Shown here piece after piece: positions 24,157-32,000 of a stretch of 32,000 bases of DNA (within the stretch, counting starts at the first letter, position 1; the number at the start of each line of letters is the position of its first letter). The notes below the pieces were generated by a model, which worked only from the letters and a program-made list of their open reading frames with translations, was not told the DNA's origin and searched no databases. This DNA comes from Pyrodictium delaneyi (GTDB lineage Archaea; Thermoproteota; Thermoprotei_A; Sulfolobales; Pyrodictiaceae), in the NCBI RefSeq assembly GCF_001412615.1, contig NZ_CP013011.1, forward strand, positions 1,800,001 to 1,832,000, written 5' to 3'. Both the position numbers and the translations under genes were made by a program.

Positions 24157-25134
24157 CTACCCGGTAGTGTCCTCCTCTACCCGTAGCTGGCTCATCTCTA
24201 CTGGGCTGCGGCGGAACATCTCCCAGAGGACTAGCGCGGCTGATTTCGGCGGTATGATGCCCCTCTCCGTTACTATCATGTCGATGTACTCTGGCGGCGT
24301 AGCGTCGAAGGCCGGGTTGCGTATCCTTATGCCTGGCGGCGGGTTCTCGAGGACCTCCTCGGGCGGTCTCTCTTCTATCTCTACAGGCTGGCCGACGACC
24401 GTGTAGGGGCTGAACTTGTAGGTCTCAGTGGCTACTATGAAGGGTATACGGTGTAGCCTTGCTGCGAGGGCTATCTGGCTGGTACCGATCTTGTTTATCA
24501 CTGCGCCGTTCGCGGTTACCGTGTCGGCGCCCACTATGACCCGGGTTATCCTCTTGGCCTCGATAACCTGTAGCACTGCTGAGTCGGGTACAAGGGTCAC
24601 GGGTATACCGGCTTTGGCTAGGTTGCGGGCTGTGATGTAGCCTTGGAAGCGTGGCCGTGTTTCGGTGGCGTATACGTGGAAGCGCTTGCCGCTACGCCAC
24701 GCGGTCACCAGTATGGATTCTACTGCGCTGCTATTGCAGTGTGTTAGTATGCGGTCGCCGGTCTTTATGAGCCGGGCGCCTATCTCCCCTATCCTCTTCA
24801 CGGCTTGCTCAGAGTACTCTATGAAGCCCTGGGCTGCTTCTATTACTGCCTTCCGGGCCTCCTCTATGTCTTGGAACCTGTTCTCGCGGAGAACCTTCAT
24901 CACGTAGTTGACGGCATTGGGTAGGCTCACGGCAGTAGGCCGGGTCGATACTAGTAGCCGGGCAACTTGCTCCATGTAGTCCAGGAACTCGTCGAGGCCT
25001 CCACTCTTGTACTCCTGGGCGGCTATCATTAGTGCGCGGGCGGCGGCCCTGGCTATCCGGCCCGCGCCACGTATCTTCATAGTCTGGATGTCCTCGGCTA
25101 TTCTCCGAACCTCCTCGGGTACAACCAGGGTCAC
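24157..25134 (-). CDS. aIF-2B family protein, ribose-1,5-bisphosphate isomerase-like (e2b2 type)
   Basis: From my recollection of it, the Thermococcus kodakarensis TK0185-type enzyme is collinear along the whole length: MKIRGAGRIARAAARAL, TRPTAVSLPNA, LTHCNSSAV, ATETRP..QG, GADTVTANGAVINKIGT, ETYKF, NPAFDATPPEYIDMIVTERGIIPP. Confidence 0.85.
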   Translation of the reverse strand: MTLVVPEEVRRIAEDIQTMKIRGAGRIARAAARALMIAAQEYKSGGLDEFLDYMEQVARLLVSTRPTAVSLPNAVNYVMKVLRENRFQDIEEARKAVIEAAQGFIEYSEQAVKRIGEIGARLIKTGDRILTHCNSSAVESILVTAWRSGKRFHVYATETRPRFQGYITARNLAKAGIPVTLVPDSAVLQVIEAKRITRVIVGADTVTANGAVINKIGTSQIALAARLHRIPFIVATETYKFSPYTVVGQPVEIEERPPEEVLENPPPGIRIRNPAFDATPPEYIDMIVTERGIIPPKSAALVLWEMFRRSPVEMSQLRVEEDTTG

Positions 25135-25160
25135 GCCAATGCACCTCCCGCAGCGGTGCC

Positions 25161-26171
25161 TTAGGCCTGTTTACGGAGGGTCTGCTTCAGCTTCTCCCGC
25201 GCTCGGGCGAAGAGCTCGCTTATGGGCTCGAGCCTTGGCGGCCATTCTCCATACTTCTCCCTTATGAGGAGGGGCACAGCCTCCGGCGCCATGAGGCCTC
25301 TCTCCGTGGCGAGCGCGTCGATAAGGTGTGGTGGCACTGGCTCGAAGAGGGGTGCGTAGCCCCCGACGCCTAGCTCTCTGTGCTCATCCGGGACTATCTC
25401 GTCGCCGAGCGCCGGCGTCTCAATGGTCATGCCGTAGACTGTCTCCGGGTACAGCTTGTAGGTCCCCGCGACAACGATGAGGCGTACACGCGCCTCGCCA
25501 GCGGCTAGCGCTAGCAGCCCGGCTCCCGTCCGCGCGATAACAGTGCCGTCTGCTGTGACGGCGTCAGCACCTATCAGGGCCTTGGTCGCGTCCCGGGCCA
25601 TAAACCTCATAGCCGAGTCTACTATCAGCGTCACATCTAGCCCCATCCGGGCCAGCGCCTTCGCCGTCTCGATTCCGTCGAGGAGGGGCCTGGACTCGGC
25701 TACTATCACCTGGATCCTCTTCCCCATAGCGGCCGCCTTCTCCAGGGCCCGGACCACGCTCCGGCTATAGCTCTGCGTGAGCACCACGTCGCCGTCCTCT
25801 AGCCTCCGGGCAGCAATCTCTGCAGCCGCCTCGGTCTCCTCCACGACCCGGGCCAACACTTCGCCCACATAGCTCTGGATCCTCTCCTGGACCTCGCTTA
25901 GCCCGCTATAGTCCTCGGCCGCGATCATCCCCAATAGCTCCCGCGCCGTGTTCACCAGCGGCGCCGAGAAGGGCCGTGCCGCGATACGCGCCTCCAGGAA
26001 GTCTAGCGCCTCCAAGAGCCCCCAGACGTCCCGCGCCTCGGAGACCAGGCGGCTGAACCTCTGGAGAGTCTCCTCGGCAGCCTCAGTCGCTCCTAGCCTG
26101 TAAAGGCCGAGAACCTCGCCCCGGTCCTCTCTAGACTCCTCAGCCAAGGCGAGCACATCCCTATTAGACAT
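25161..26171 (-). CDS. aIF-2B alpha/beta/delta family paralogue (divergent)
   Basis: Same fold signature (ARPFSAPLVN, VAESRP, IGADAVTADGTVIARTGA, GTYKL, PLFEPVPPHLIDALATERG), but the THC motif is replaced by TQS. Confidence 0.75.
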   Translation of the reverse strand: MSNRDVLALAEESREDRGEVLGLYRLGATEAAEETLQRFSRLVSEARDVWGLLEALDFLEARIAARPFSAPLVNTARELLGMIAAEDYSGLSEVQERIQSYVGEVLARVVEETEAAAEIAARRLEDGDVVLTQSYSRSVVRALEKAAAMGKRIQVIVAESRPLLDGIETAKALARMGLDVTLIVDSAMRFMARDATKALIGADAVTADGTVIARTGAGLLALAAGEARVRLIVVAGTYKLYPETVYGMTIETPALGDEIVPDEHRELGVGGYAPLFEPVPPHLIDALATERGLMAPEAVPLLIREKYGEWPPRLEPISELFARAREKLKQTLRKQA

Positions 26172-26230
26172 GGGGCACGGGAGGGCTACTTAACCTAACG
26201 CCCAGGCAGCAGGAGAGCCCGGCGCAGGGG

Positions 26231-26887
26231 GTGCCAGGGGCAGTGGCGAGCCTGCTAGCCAGGGCAGCAGCGGCGGTGTCGGGAGGCCGCCTCGAGGACG
26301 ACCTAGTACGCGTAGAGGGCCTCATGCTGCGGCCCGGCCGGGCCCTCCTACTATCCCTCGCAGAGACCGTGGCAGGAGTTGGGCTTCTGGCCGTCTCAGC
26401 TCGCACGTCCTTCACACTGCCCGGCATCCCCGTGCCGTTCACCCTCCAGACCCTGGCACTGACGCTAGTCATAACGCTCCTCGGCCCACGGGCATGGAGG
26501 ACCGTAGCAGCCTACATCGCCGCGGGCCTCCTAGGGGCGCCGGTATTCGCCATGGGCAGCGGCCCCGGCTACATCGCCTCGCCCAGCTTCGGCTACCTCC
26601 TAGGCTTCCTCCTAGCAGCAGCCGTAGCCGGCAGGCTATCGCGCCCCTCCACCCGCCGGGGCCTCCTACGAGGCGCCCTCCTAGTACTGCCACTAGTCTA
26701 CCTCCCCGGAGCCCTATGGCTAGCAGCATGGCTAGCAGCCGTCAAGGGGCTGGCAGCCGCGGAGGCGCTACGGGCCGCGCTATGGAGCGGCGTACTAGTC
26801 TTCATACCCTGGGACGTCCTCAAGGCGGCTGTGGCGGCCCAGGCTTCGCACAAGCTCCTAAAACACATATACAAGACACAGCAATAA
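26231..26887 (+). CDS. bioY: BioY-family biotin transporter S-component
   Basis: PVPFTLQTLALTLV...LGPRAW...AYIAAGLLGAPVFA...GYIASPSFGYLLGFLLAAAVAG is the canonical BioY pattern. A more likely start is ATG 26324 (MLRPG...), giving about 188 aa. Confidence 0.8.
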   Translation: MPGAVASLLARAAAAVSGGRLEDDLVRVEGLMLRPGRALLLSLAETVAGVGLLAVSARTSFTLPGIPVPFTLQTLALTLVITLLGPRAWRTVAAYIAAGLLGAPVFAMGSGPGYIASPSFGYLLGFLLAAAVAGRLSRPSTRRGLLRGALLVLPLVYLPGALWLAAWLAAVKGLAAAEALRAALWSGVLVFIPWDVLKAAVAAQASHKLLKHIYKTQQ

Positions 26888-27052
26888 AGAGAGGCTGGGA
26901 CCGCTATACTACCGCCGAGGATAGCATACATTATGCCCGGTAGCAAGCGGGCCCAAGGAACGCCCTAACGCTACCAGGATCGGGCTGCACCACAAGAGCT
27001 CACGGGAAGCAGTCAGGGCAGGGTTAAACCCCCGGCGAGACAAAGACCCATT

Positions 27053-27325
27053 ATGTGGTGCCGGGCTGTGGAGGCTATCGTAAAGGATAGGCGCACCATT
27101 ATCCTGAGCGAGGAGGCAGCCCAGGAGCTGGGGCTAGAACCCGGCGAGAGGCTAGTAGTGAGGAGGGAGGGCCGCCGGGTTGTGCTAGAAAGGGCCAGGA
27201 GGGGCCCCAGAGAGGCCGAGGAAAGAAGGAGGAGAATAGAGAGGCTAGCCGGAATACTCGGCGAAGCCTCTGTAGCAGAACTAAGAGAACTCGAAGAGGA
27301 GGTATGGACTAGTGATATGCCTTGA
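27053..27325 (+). CDS. vapB: AbrB/SpoVT-type antitoxin (VapB-like)
   Basis: 90 aa with a swapped-hairpin-like N-terminus (TIILSEEAAQELGLEPGERLVVRREGRRVVLE) and a charged C-terminal tail. It overlaps the downstream PIN gene by 14 nt. Confidence 0.7.
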   Translation: MWCRAVEAIVKDRRTIILSEEAAQELGLEPGERLVVRREGRRVVLERARRGPREAEERRRRIERLAGILGEASVAELRELEEEVWTSDMP

Positions 27326-27743
27326 TACGAACATTCTCTACAACTACATGTTCAAGACCGAGCTCACAGAGAAAGCCAGGAACATCCTTAAAAGCTACGC
27401 TCATGAGGATTTCGCGATCACAACTACAGTCCTCAACGAGTTCATATATATCGCCCTTGCGAAGGTAACAGGCAAGAGAGGGCACGCGCTGAGGAGGTAC
27501 GTAAAGGCGAGAGGATATCCAGACGAGATAATGGATAAGATCATCACTGCCTTCGAACAGCTAGAAATAGCAGTGCTACCAGATGTAACGGATCCAAAGC
27601 TAGTCCTGGAAACGGCTAGAAGTTATCGACTCCTGCCAGCAGACGCGATGATAGCCCTAACATGCAGGCATCATAGGATAGACGTAATCGCGACATTCGA
27701 CGAGGATTTCAAGAGGGTACCCTGGCTGAAAGTAGTGCCCTAG
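27312..27743 (+). CDS. vapC: PIN-domain ribonuclease toxin VapC
   Basis: MICLDTNILYNYM (first acidic residue), an internal E/D, and C-terminal ATFDEDFKRV fit the PIN acidic quartet pattern. Confidence 0.85.
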   Translation: MICLDTNILYNYMFKTELTEKARNILKSYAHEDFAITTTVLNEFIYIALAKVTGKRGHALRRYVKARGYPDEIMDKIITAFEQLEIAVLPDVTDPKLVLETARSYRLLPADAMIALTCRHHRIDVIATFDEDFKRVPWLKVVP

Positions 27744-27813
27744 ACCCGCCGCGCGGATTAAGCCTCGTAGACGCTCAGCGCGATGTAAACTCCAGTACCA
27801 TTAGTGTTGCACC

Positions 27814-28302
27814 CTATTCCTCCACAAACTCTATAGACGTGAGTATGAGGACGCATACTGCTAGCCATGCGAGCAGTGATGCAGTAGCTACGGATGCGTA
27901 CATGGCTGGCCCGTAAGCTATGAGGTGTGACGCAGCTACTGTTGGGAGAAGGAATGCCAGTATCCTAGTGCCCTCGGGTAGTAGCGTTACGGGGTAGTAG
28001 ACGGGAGGGAACACTGTCGTTGCTACTAGCAGTATGTTGCCGAGCCTCATGACTGTTAGGGGCTCCTTGCTCTTGACGCCGATATACATCCCGAGCGTGG
28101 ATGCCCAGGCCCATAGGCTCACCGTGCCCAGCACTATGTAGGGGAGGCGGCTGGCACCGTTCTGTAGCACCAGTAGTGCTGCGAGGAGGACTAGGTAGGG
28201 TGCTGCGGGCAGGCTCATGCCCAGGGTTACTCCGAGCATCTTCTTGGCCGTGCTCCCGGGCAGCGACATGAATATGTCGTAGAACCGGGACCGTGTCTTC
28301 AT
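27814..28302 (-). CDS. ABC-2-type transporter permease, unusually short (possibly N-terminally truncated)
   Basis: 162 aa with about five hydrophobic segments resembling the C-terminal two-thirds of ABC-2 permeases. It lies immediately downstream of its ATPase (26-nt gap). Confidence 0.6.
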   Translation of the reverse strand: MKTRSRFYDIFMSLPGSTAKKMLGVTLGMSLPAAPYLVLLAALLVLQNGASRLPYIVLGTVSLWAWASTLGMYIGVKSKEPLTVMRLGNILLVATTVFPPVYYPVTLLPEGTRILAFLLPTVAASHLIAYGPAMYASVATASLLAWLAVCVLILTSIEFVEE

Positions 28303-28328
28303 CCCGACAAGCTCTATTGGGAGGTCAG

Positions 28329-29075
28329 CTACCTCCTCACCATGTGCTCGCTGCTCGAGTACTCGCCCAGCACTACTATCTTCGAGTAGAAGCCGGAGAG
28401 ATAGCGCCGCCCAAGCTCCTCAGGCTCCCCAAACGCGGCGACCCGGCCATCCTTGATTAGGAGTACCTTGTCGCAGATACTGGATATCTCGTTCAGATAG
28501 TGGCTCGTCACCAGTATGGTGGAGCCTGCTTTGGCCCTCCTCCTTAGTATGTCCCAGAGCTTCAGCCTGTTCTCGACATCCAGGCCTACGGTCGGCTCGT
28601 CTAGGTAGTAGACAGGGACGTCAGCCGAGAGAACCATGGCGAGGAGCATCTTCCTGACCATCCCGCCGGAGAGCGTCAACACCATCCTATCATGGTAGTG
28701 TATCCCGAACTCCTCGACCGCCTCCCTGGCCCGGGCTCTTGCCTCCTCTCTCGGGTAGCCCCTCATGCGGAGATAGTGGTATATGTACTCGAGGGGCGTT
28801 AGTGTATAGAAGTGTGCCCTTGCCTCCTGGGGTAGGAGCGCGAAGAGCCTCTTCACGCTATCGCGGCACGGCGGGATCCGGTGGCCATGGATCGTAGCGT
28901 AGCCGCTGTCGGGCCGGAGTAGGCAGCTGAGTATCCTGATGAGTGTTGTCTTACCGGCCCCATTGGGGCCGATTGTCCCTAGGATGCTGCCTCTGCCTAT
29001 GGAGAAGCTTACCGAGTCGAGTGCTACGACCTCCCCGTACCTCTTTGTGAGGCCTTGGACTGTTATCCCCTCCAC
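28329..29075 (-). CDS. ABC transporter ATP-binding protein (ABC-2/DrrA-like exporter subfamily)
   Basis: Walker A GPNGAGKTT, Q-loop LPQE, signature LSGGMVRK, Walker B VYYLDEPTVGLD, H-loop TSHY. GTG start. Confidence 0.9.
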   Translation of the reverse strand: MEGITVQGLTKRYGEVVALDSVSFSIGRGSILGTIGPNGAGKTTLIRILSCLLRPDSGYATIHGHRIPPCRDSVKRLFALLPQEARAHFYTLTPLEYIYHYLRMRGYPREEARARAREAVEEFGIHYHDRMVLTLSGGMVRKMLLAMVLSADVPVYYLDEPTVGLDVENRLKLWDILRRRAKAGSTILVTSHYLNEISSICDKVLLIKDGRVAAFGEPEELGRRYLSGFYSKIVVLGEYSSSEHMVRR

Positions 29076-29198
29076 TAGCCTCGGCCCCCGGGGGCTAGAG
29101 CAGGGAGAACGCTACCGAGCACCGTTTGATATACACTGTGCATAGTGAATTATACCGTAGGGGTTGGGCTACTGCTGACGCGGAGCTCCATACCCTGT

Positions 29199-30545
29199 CT
29201 AGCCTGGTTTGCACGCGTTTCGTGGGCTGCATGGTGGTGTGGGGTCTCTCCCTGGGCCTATGTCTTCTAGGAACCTGTTTAGCTCTTGGGCGCTCTGTTC
29301 TGCGAGGCTCCAGAGCCTGGCCCGGTTCTCGGGTGTGTAGACCGGGTTGCCGGCTACTATGGTGTATAGCGTGTCGCCCCCGGTTGCGGCGTATAGTATG
29401 GCTGAGGCGAGGTTGTCTGGGCGGAGGGGGAGGCTCCAGGGCCTGGAGAGGTCCAGCACGGTGATGTCCGCGGGGGCTCCGGGCTCGATGGCTCCTCCGC
29501 GGTCTAGGCCCATGGCGCGGGCTCCTCCCCGGGTCGCTGCTTCTAGGAGATGGCTGGCCTTGACCCGTGTGTCCCAGTAGCTGTGCCTCTGCAGTAGCAG
29601 CCCCGTCTTGGCCTCCCTCAGCATGTCCAGGCTGTTGTTTGAGGCTGGCCCGTCGGTGCCGAGGGCGACGTTTATCCCCTTTTCCATTGCCTCGTATAGG
29701 GGGAAATGGCCAGCTGTGGCCAGCTTCATGTTGCTTGTAGGGCAGTGTACTAGGGTGGCCCTGGCCCGGCGGACGGCGTCTAGCTCCCAGCTCGCTATCC
29801 ACCCGGCGTGGACTAGTACCGAGCGGGGCCCGAGGGCGCCCAGGCTCTCTAGGAGCTCGACGGGGAACTTTCCGTGCTTCTTCCGGGCCTCGTAGACCTC
29901 TCTCCTGGTCTCGGAGACGTGTATGTGGAAGGGCACCCCCAGCTCCTCTGCGGCCCGGTAGCCCTCCGCGACGGCCTCGAGGGGCGCCGCGTAGACGCTG
30001 TGGACGTTGATCACGCCCCCGAGGAGGGGGTCGCCTTCTAGGCTCCGGGCGAACCGCCTGGCCTCCTCCACCGCCCGGTAGGGGTCCACGTCGCCCATTA
30101 TCACGGGGCCTAGCCGTGCGCGTACACCGTGCTCCCGGGCAGCCTTGGCCGTGGCCTCGGGCTCGAAGTACATGTCTATGAAGCCACAGGTACCCGTCGA
30201 GATCATCTCGATGACTGCTAGCCTCGACGCGTGGTAGATGGTCTCCGGCGTGAGCCGCTTCTCCACGAACCACATCCTTGCGAGCCACTCGTGTAGCTCG
30301 CTGTCGTCGTGAAAGCCGCGGAGCAGCGTCATAGCCACGTGGGTGTGCGCATTGTAGAAGCAGGGCAGCGCGACACCGTAGCGTGGACAATCAATGACTA
30401 TCCCGGACTTGGCGCCGCTCGGGGGCCGGTCGCCGATGTACAGTATCCTGCCGTCCTCGGCGTAGACGATAGTGTCGCGGAGGGGGCTGCACCCCGCGCA
30501 GGGGAGTAGTAGGCGGCATCGTAGTAGGAGCGGCTCCCCGCCCAA
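29199..30545 (-). CDS. mtaD: amidohydrolase, 5-methylthioadenosine/S-adenosylhomocysteine deaminase-like (MtaD family)
   Basis: Metal-binding HxH (NAHTHVAMTLLRG), HIHVSETRREV, LVHCPTSNMKLATG, ALGTDGPASNN, GAIEPGAPADI. The series is collinear with the MtaD/chlorohydrolase family. TTG start. Confidence 0.85.
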   Translation of the reverse strand: MGGEPLLLRCRLLLPCAGCSPLRDTIVYAEDGRILYIGDRPPSGAKSGIVIDCPRYGVALPCFYNAHTHVAMTLLRGFHDDSELHEWLARMWFVEKRLTPETIYHASRLAVIEMISTGTCGFIDMYFEPEATAKAAREHGVRARLGPVIMGDVDPYRAVEEARRFARSLEGDPLLGGVINVHSVYAAPLEAVAEGYRAAEELGVPFHIHVSETRREVYEARKKHGKFPVELLESLGALGPRSVLVHAGWIASWELDAVRRARATLVHCPTSNMKLATAGHFPLYEAMEKGINVALGTDGPASNNSLDMLREAKTGLLLQRHSYWDTRVKASHLLEAATRGGARAMGLDRGGAIEPGAPADITVLDLSRPWSLPLRPDNLASAILYAATGGDTLYTIVAGNPVYTPENRARLWSLAEQSAQELNRFLEDIGPGRDPTPPCSPRNACKPG

Positions 30546-30685
30546 GGCTATGCACTTATGTCCAGGGTCTCCAGGGGCGCCCCGGGTTATTAACCAGCCT
30601 TGACGCTGGGATAATCCTGTCCCGTGCGGCGGGGCACCCTTTTCCTTCCCTAGCCTGCTCCTCTACTGGAGGTGTATCCCCGGGT

Positions 30686-31210
30686 ATGGCTCGCTGGGGC
30701 CTAGTCGTCACGAGCGACCGGGTCAAGGAGCACCCGGAGCAGGACGAAACGACCCCCATGCTGAGGAGACTCCTCGGGGAGCACGGCCACGAGCTAGTCT
30801 ACACCGCTATCGCGGGGAACGACCCTGTCGAGATACTCTACCACATCGCGGCGGCGCTGCATGAGGGCGCAGAGGTAGTGCTCGTCACTGGCGGCACGGG
30901 GCCTAATCCCCGCGACATCTCGGCCGACCTGGTCTCGAGGATCTGTGACCGGGTGCTACCCGGCGTGGGGGAGGAGTTCCGCCGCCGCAGCCTAGAGGAG
31001 GGTGTGGCGAACGCCGTGCTTAGCCGCGCGCTCGCCTGTAGCTTCCGCGACCGCCTGCTAGCGGTGAGCCCCGGTAACCCAGGGGCTGCGCGGCTAATGG
31101 CAGAACTGCTGCTAGAGGTCGTGGATCATGCGCTTCACCAGCTCCGCGGACACCGCCACGAGCACCACAAGCACCACACCCACAACCACGGGAAGACATG
31201 TAGACATTAG
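30686..31210 (+). CDS. moaB: molybdenum cofactor biosynthesis protein MoaB/MogA family, with a His-rich C-terminal tail
   Basis: GLVVTSDRV..., VVLVTGGTGPNPRDIS (GGTG motif), and PGNPGAA. The final 19 residues are HRHEHHKHHTHNHGKTCRH. Confidence 0.85.
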   Translation: MARWGLVVTSDRVKEHPEQDETTPMLRRLLGEHGHELVYTAIAGNDPVEILYHIAAALHEGAEVVLVTGGTGPNPRDISADLVSRICDRVLPGVGEEFRRRSLEEGVANAVLSRALACSFRDRLLAVSPGNPGAARLMAELLLEVVDHALHQLRGHRHEHHKHHTHNHGKTCRH

Positions 31211-31305
31211 CTCCGGCCTCCCGGGTCCCATGGAGTCTCGCCGGGGAATGGTTTATTGGAGGCCAGCCCCACTCTATAGCTGAGACACCTGGGGCTAGGA
31301 TAGCT

Positions 31306-31785
31306 ATGCCAGTAGTACAGTCACAGACAACACAGACGCAACAAGGCCTCGGCCCGGGAAATAGTGCTGTAGCTTCAGGCCCTGTAGCGGCCATACAGCA
31401 CGTACTCCGGAGACTACAGTTGATGGTGGGCCACGAGTACGCGAAGCTCGCCAGGCTCAACACGTGCAGCCACGAGTTCCTAGACTTCGTGGACAAACTA
31501 GAGGAGGCAGCAGACCGGGAGATGCAGTACCGGGGCTTCGAGAAGCTCCCAGCACCAGCAGCCCGCGGCAGGGTCGACCTCGTGCTCGGCTGGTACCAGG
31601 GCGAGGGCTTCATAGTCGAACTGGGGCTCCGCGGGCTCAACCGCTGCGGAGTCCTAGAGGAGCTCGCGGGTAGCGAGCCACCCCGGGTCTACGCCCGGTT
31701 CTACATTGGTGGCCGCGTAGCCTTCATCCTAGAAGCATCGGAGGAGAAGGACACCACTCTAGCCGAGACAGGGTACATCATGTAA
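31306..31785 (+). CDS. hypothetical protein
   Basis: 159-aa ORF. I recognise no family, and the N-terminal about 30 aa are low-complexity (Gln/Thr/Gly), so the real start may be further downstream. Confidence 0.45.
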   Translation: MPVVQSQTTQTQQGLGPGNSAVASGPVAAIQHVLRRLQLMVGHEYAKLARLNTCSHEFLDFVDKLEEAADREMQYRGFEKLPAPAARGRVDLVLGWYQGEGFIVELGLRGLNRCGVLEELAGSEPPRVYARFYIGGRVAFILEASEEKDTTLAETGYIM

Positions 31786-32000
31786 CAACAATTACCAGTC
31801 CAAAAGCATTACTTCATAGGCTTCACATTATTCCTCTCGGCTCCTAGTAGCCGTTACCCATACTGCGGTCTACGCCCATGACTCTTACTCCGGCCTCGGG
31901 GCTCCTAGGGACACTTTTGTTGCCGGCTACTACTCCCTTCTAGGGAATTCTACACGATAGAGCTTTATCTAGGCCACATGCCCTGCTAGGAGAGGGAGGA

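Noticed and set aside
29095-30390. A 431-aa minus-strand ORF overlaps the MtaD-like gene in a different frame.
   Set aside because: Its composition is extremely rich in Arg, Pro and Gly with no motifs, which is the typical shadow ORF of a GC-rich coding region. The overlapping frame carries the full amidohydrolase motif series.

Overview
The window looks like a chromosomal segment from a GC-rich hyperthermophilic archaeon, probably a crenarchaeon of the Desulfurococcales/Aeropyrum type. This rests on inference: a tRNA with a non-canonical intron, aIF-2B-family genes, archaeal-type inositol-1-phosphate synthase, DUF123, Thr/Pro-rich linkers, and very frequent CTAG/TAG.

Most of the window is densely packed housekeeping or peripheral metabolism:
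- a thrC fragment at the left edge
- a four-gene CUT1-type sugar ABC transporter operon (443-5236)
- PfpI/DJ-1 protease and a DHH phosphoesterase
- a tightly coupled YbjQ / CPBP protease / PadR / SdpI-like operon (8125-10519)
- UspA, endonuclease III, a GNAT, intron-containing tRNA-Lys(CUU), CutA, a PsiE-like protein
- a GltD-like flavoprotein and myo-inositol-1-phosphate synthase
- a DUF123 GIY-YIG protein and a frameshifted MFS transporter
- two tandem aIF-2B-family paralogues (one resembles ribose-1,5-bisphosphate isomerase)
- BioY, a VapBC pair, an ABC-2 exporter, an MtaD-like deaminase and MoaB

The atypical part is 11061-15902, between uspA and nth. It holds:
- an A+T-rich orphan membrane-anchored ORF
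- a promoter-like AT block followed by about 250 nt of ORF-free, hairpin-rich sequence
- an orphan Cas4-like PD-(D/E)XK nuclease with no CRISPR or other cas genes nearby
- a soluble PH-SHOCT protein
- two divergently transcribed ribbon-helix-helix genes bracketed by C-rich direct repeats (G-quadruplex-capable on the minus strand)
- an approximately 840-nt ORF desert

I read this block as an accessory islet: either the remnant of a mobile element or an uncharacterised nuclease/regulator module. I found no rRNA, CRISPR array, integrase or transposase. All domain calls come from motif recognition by eye, and no database search was run.
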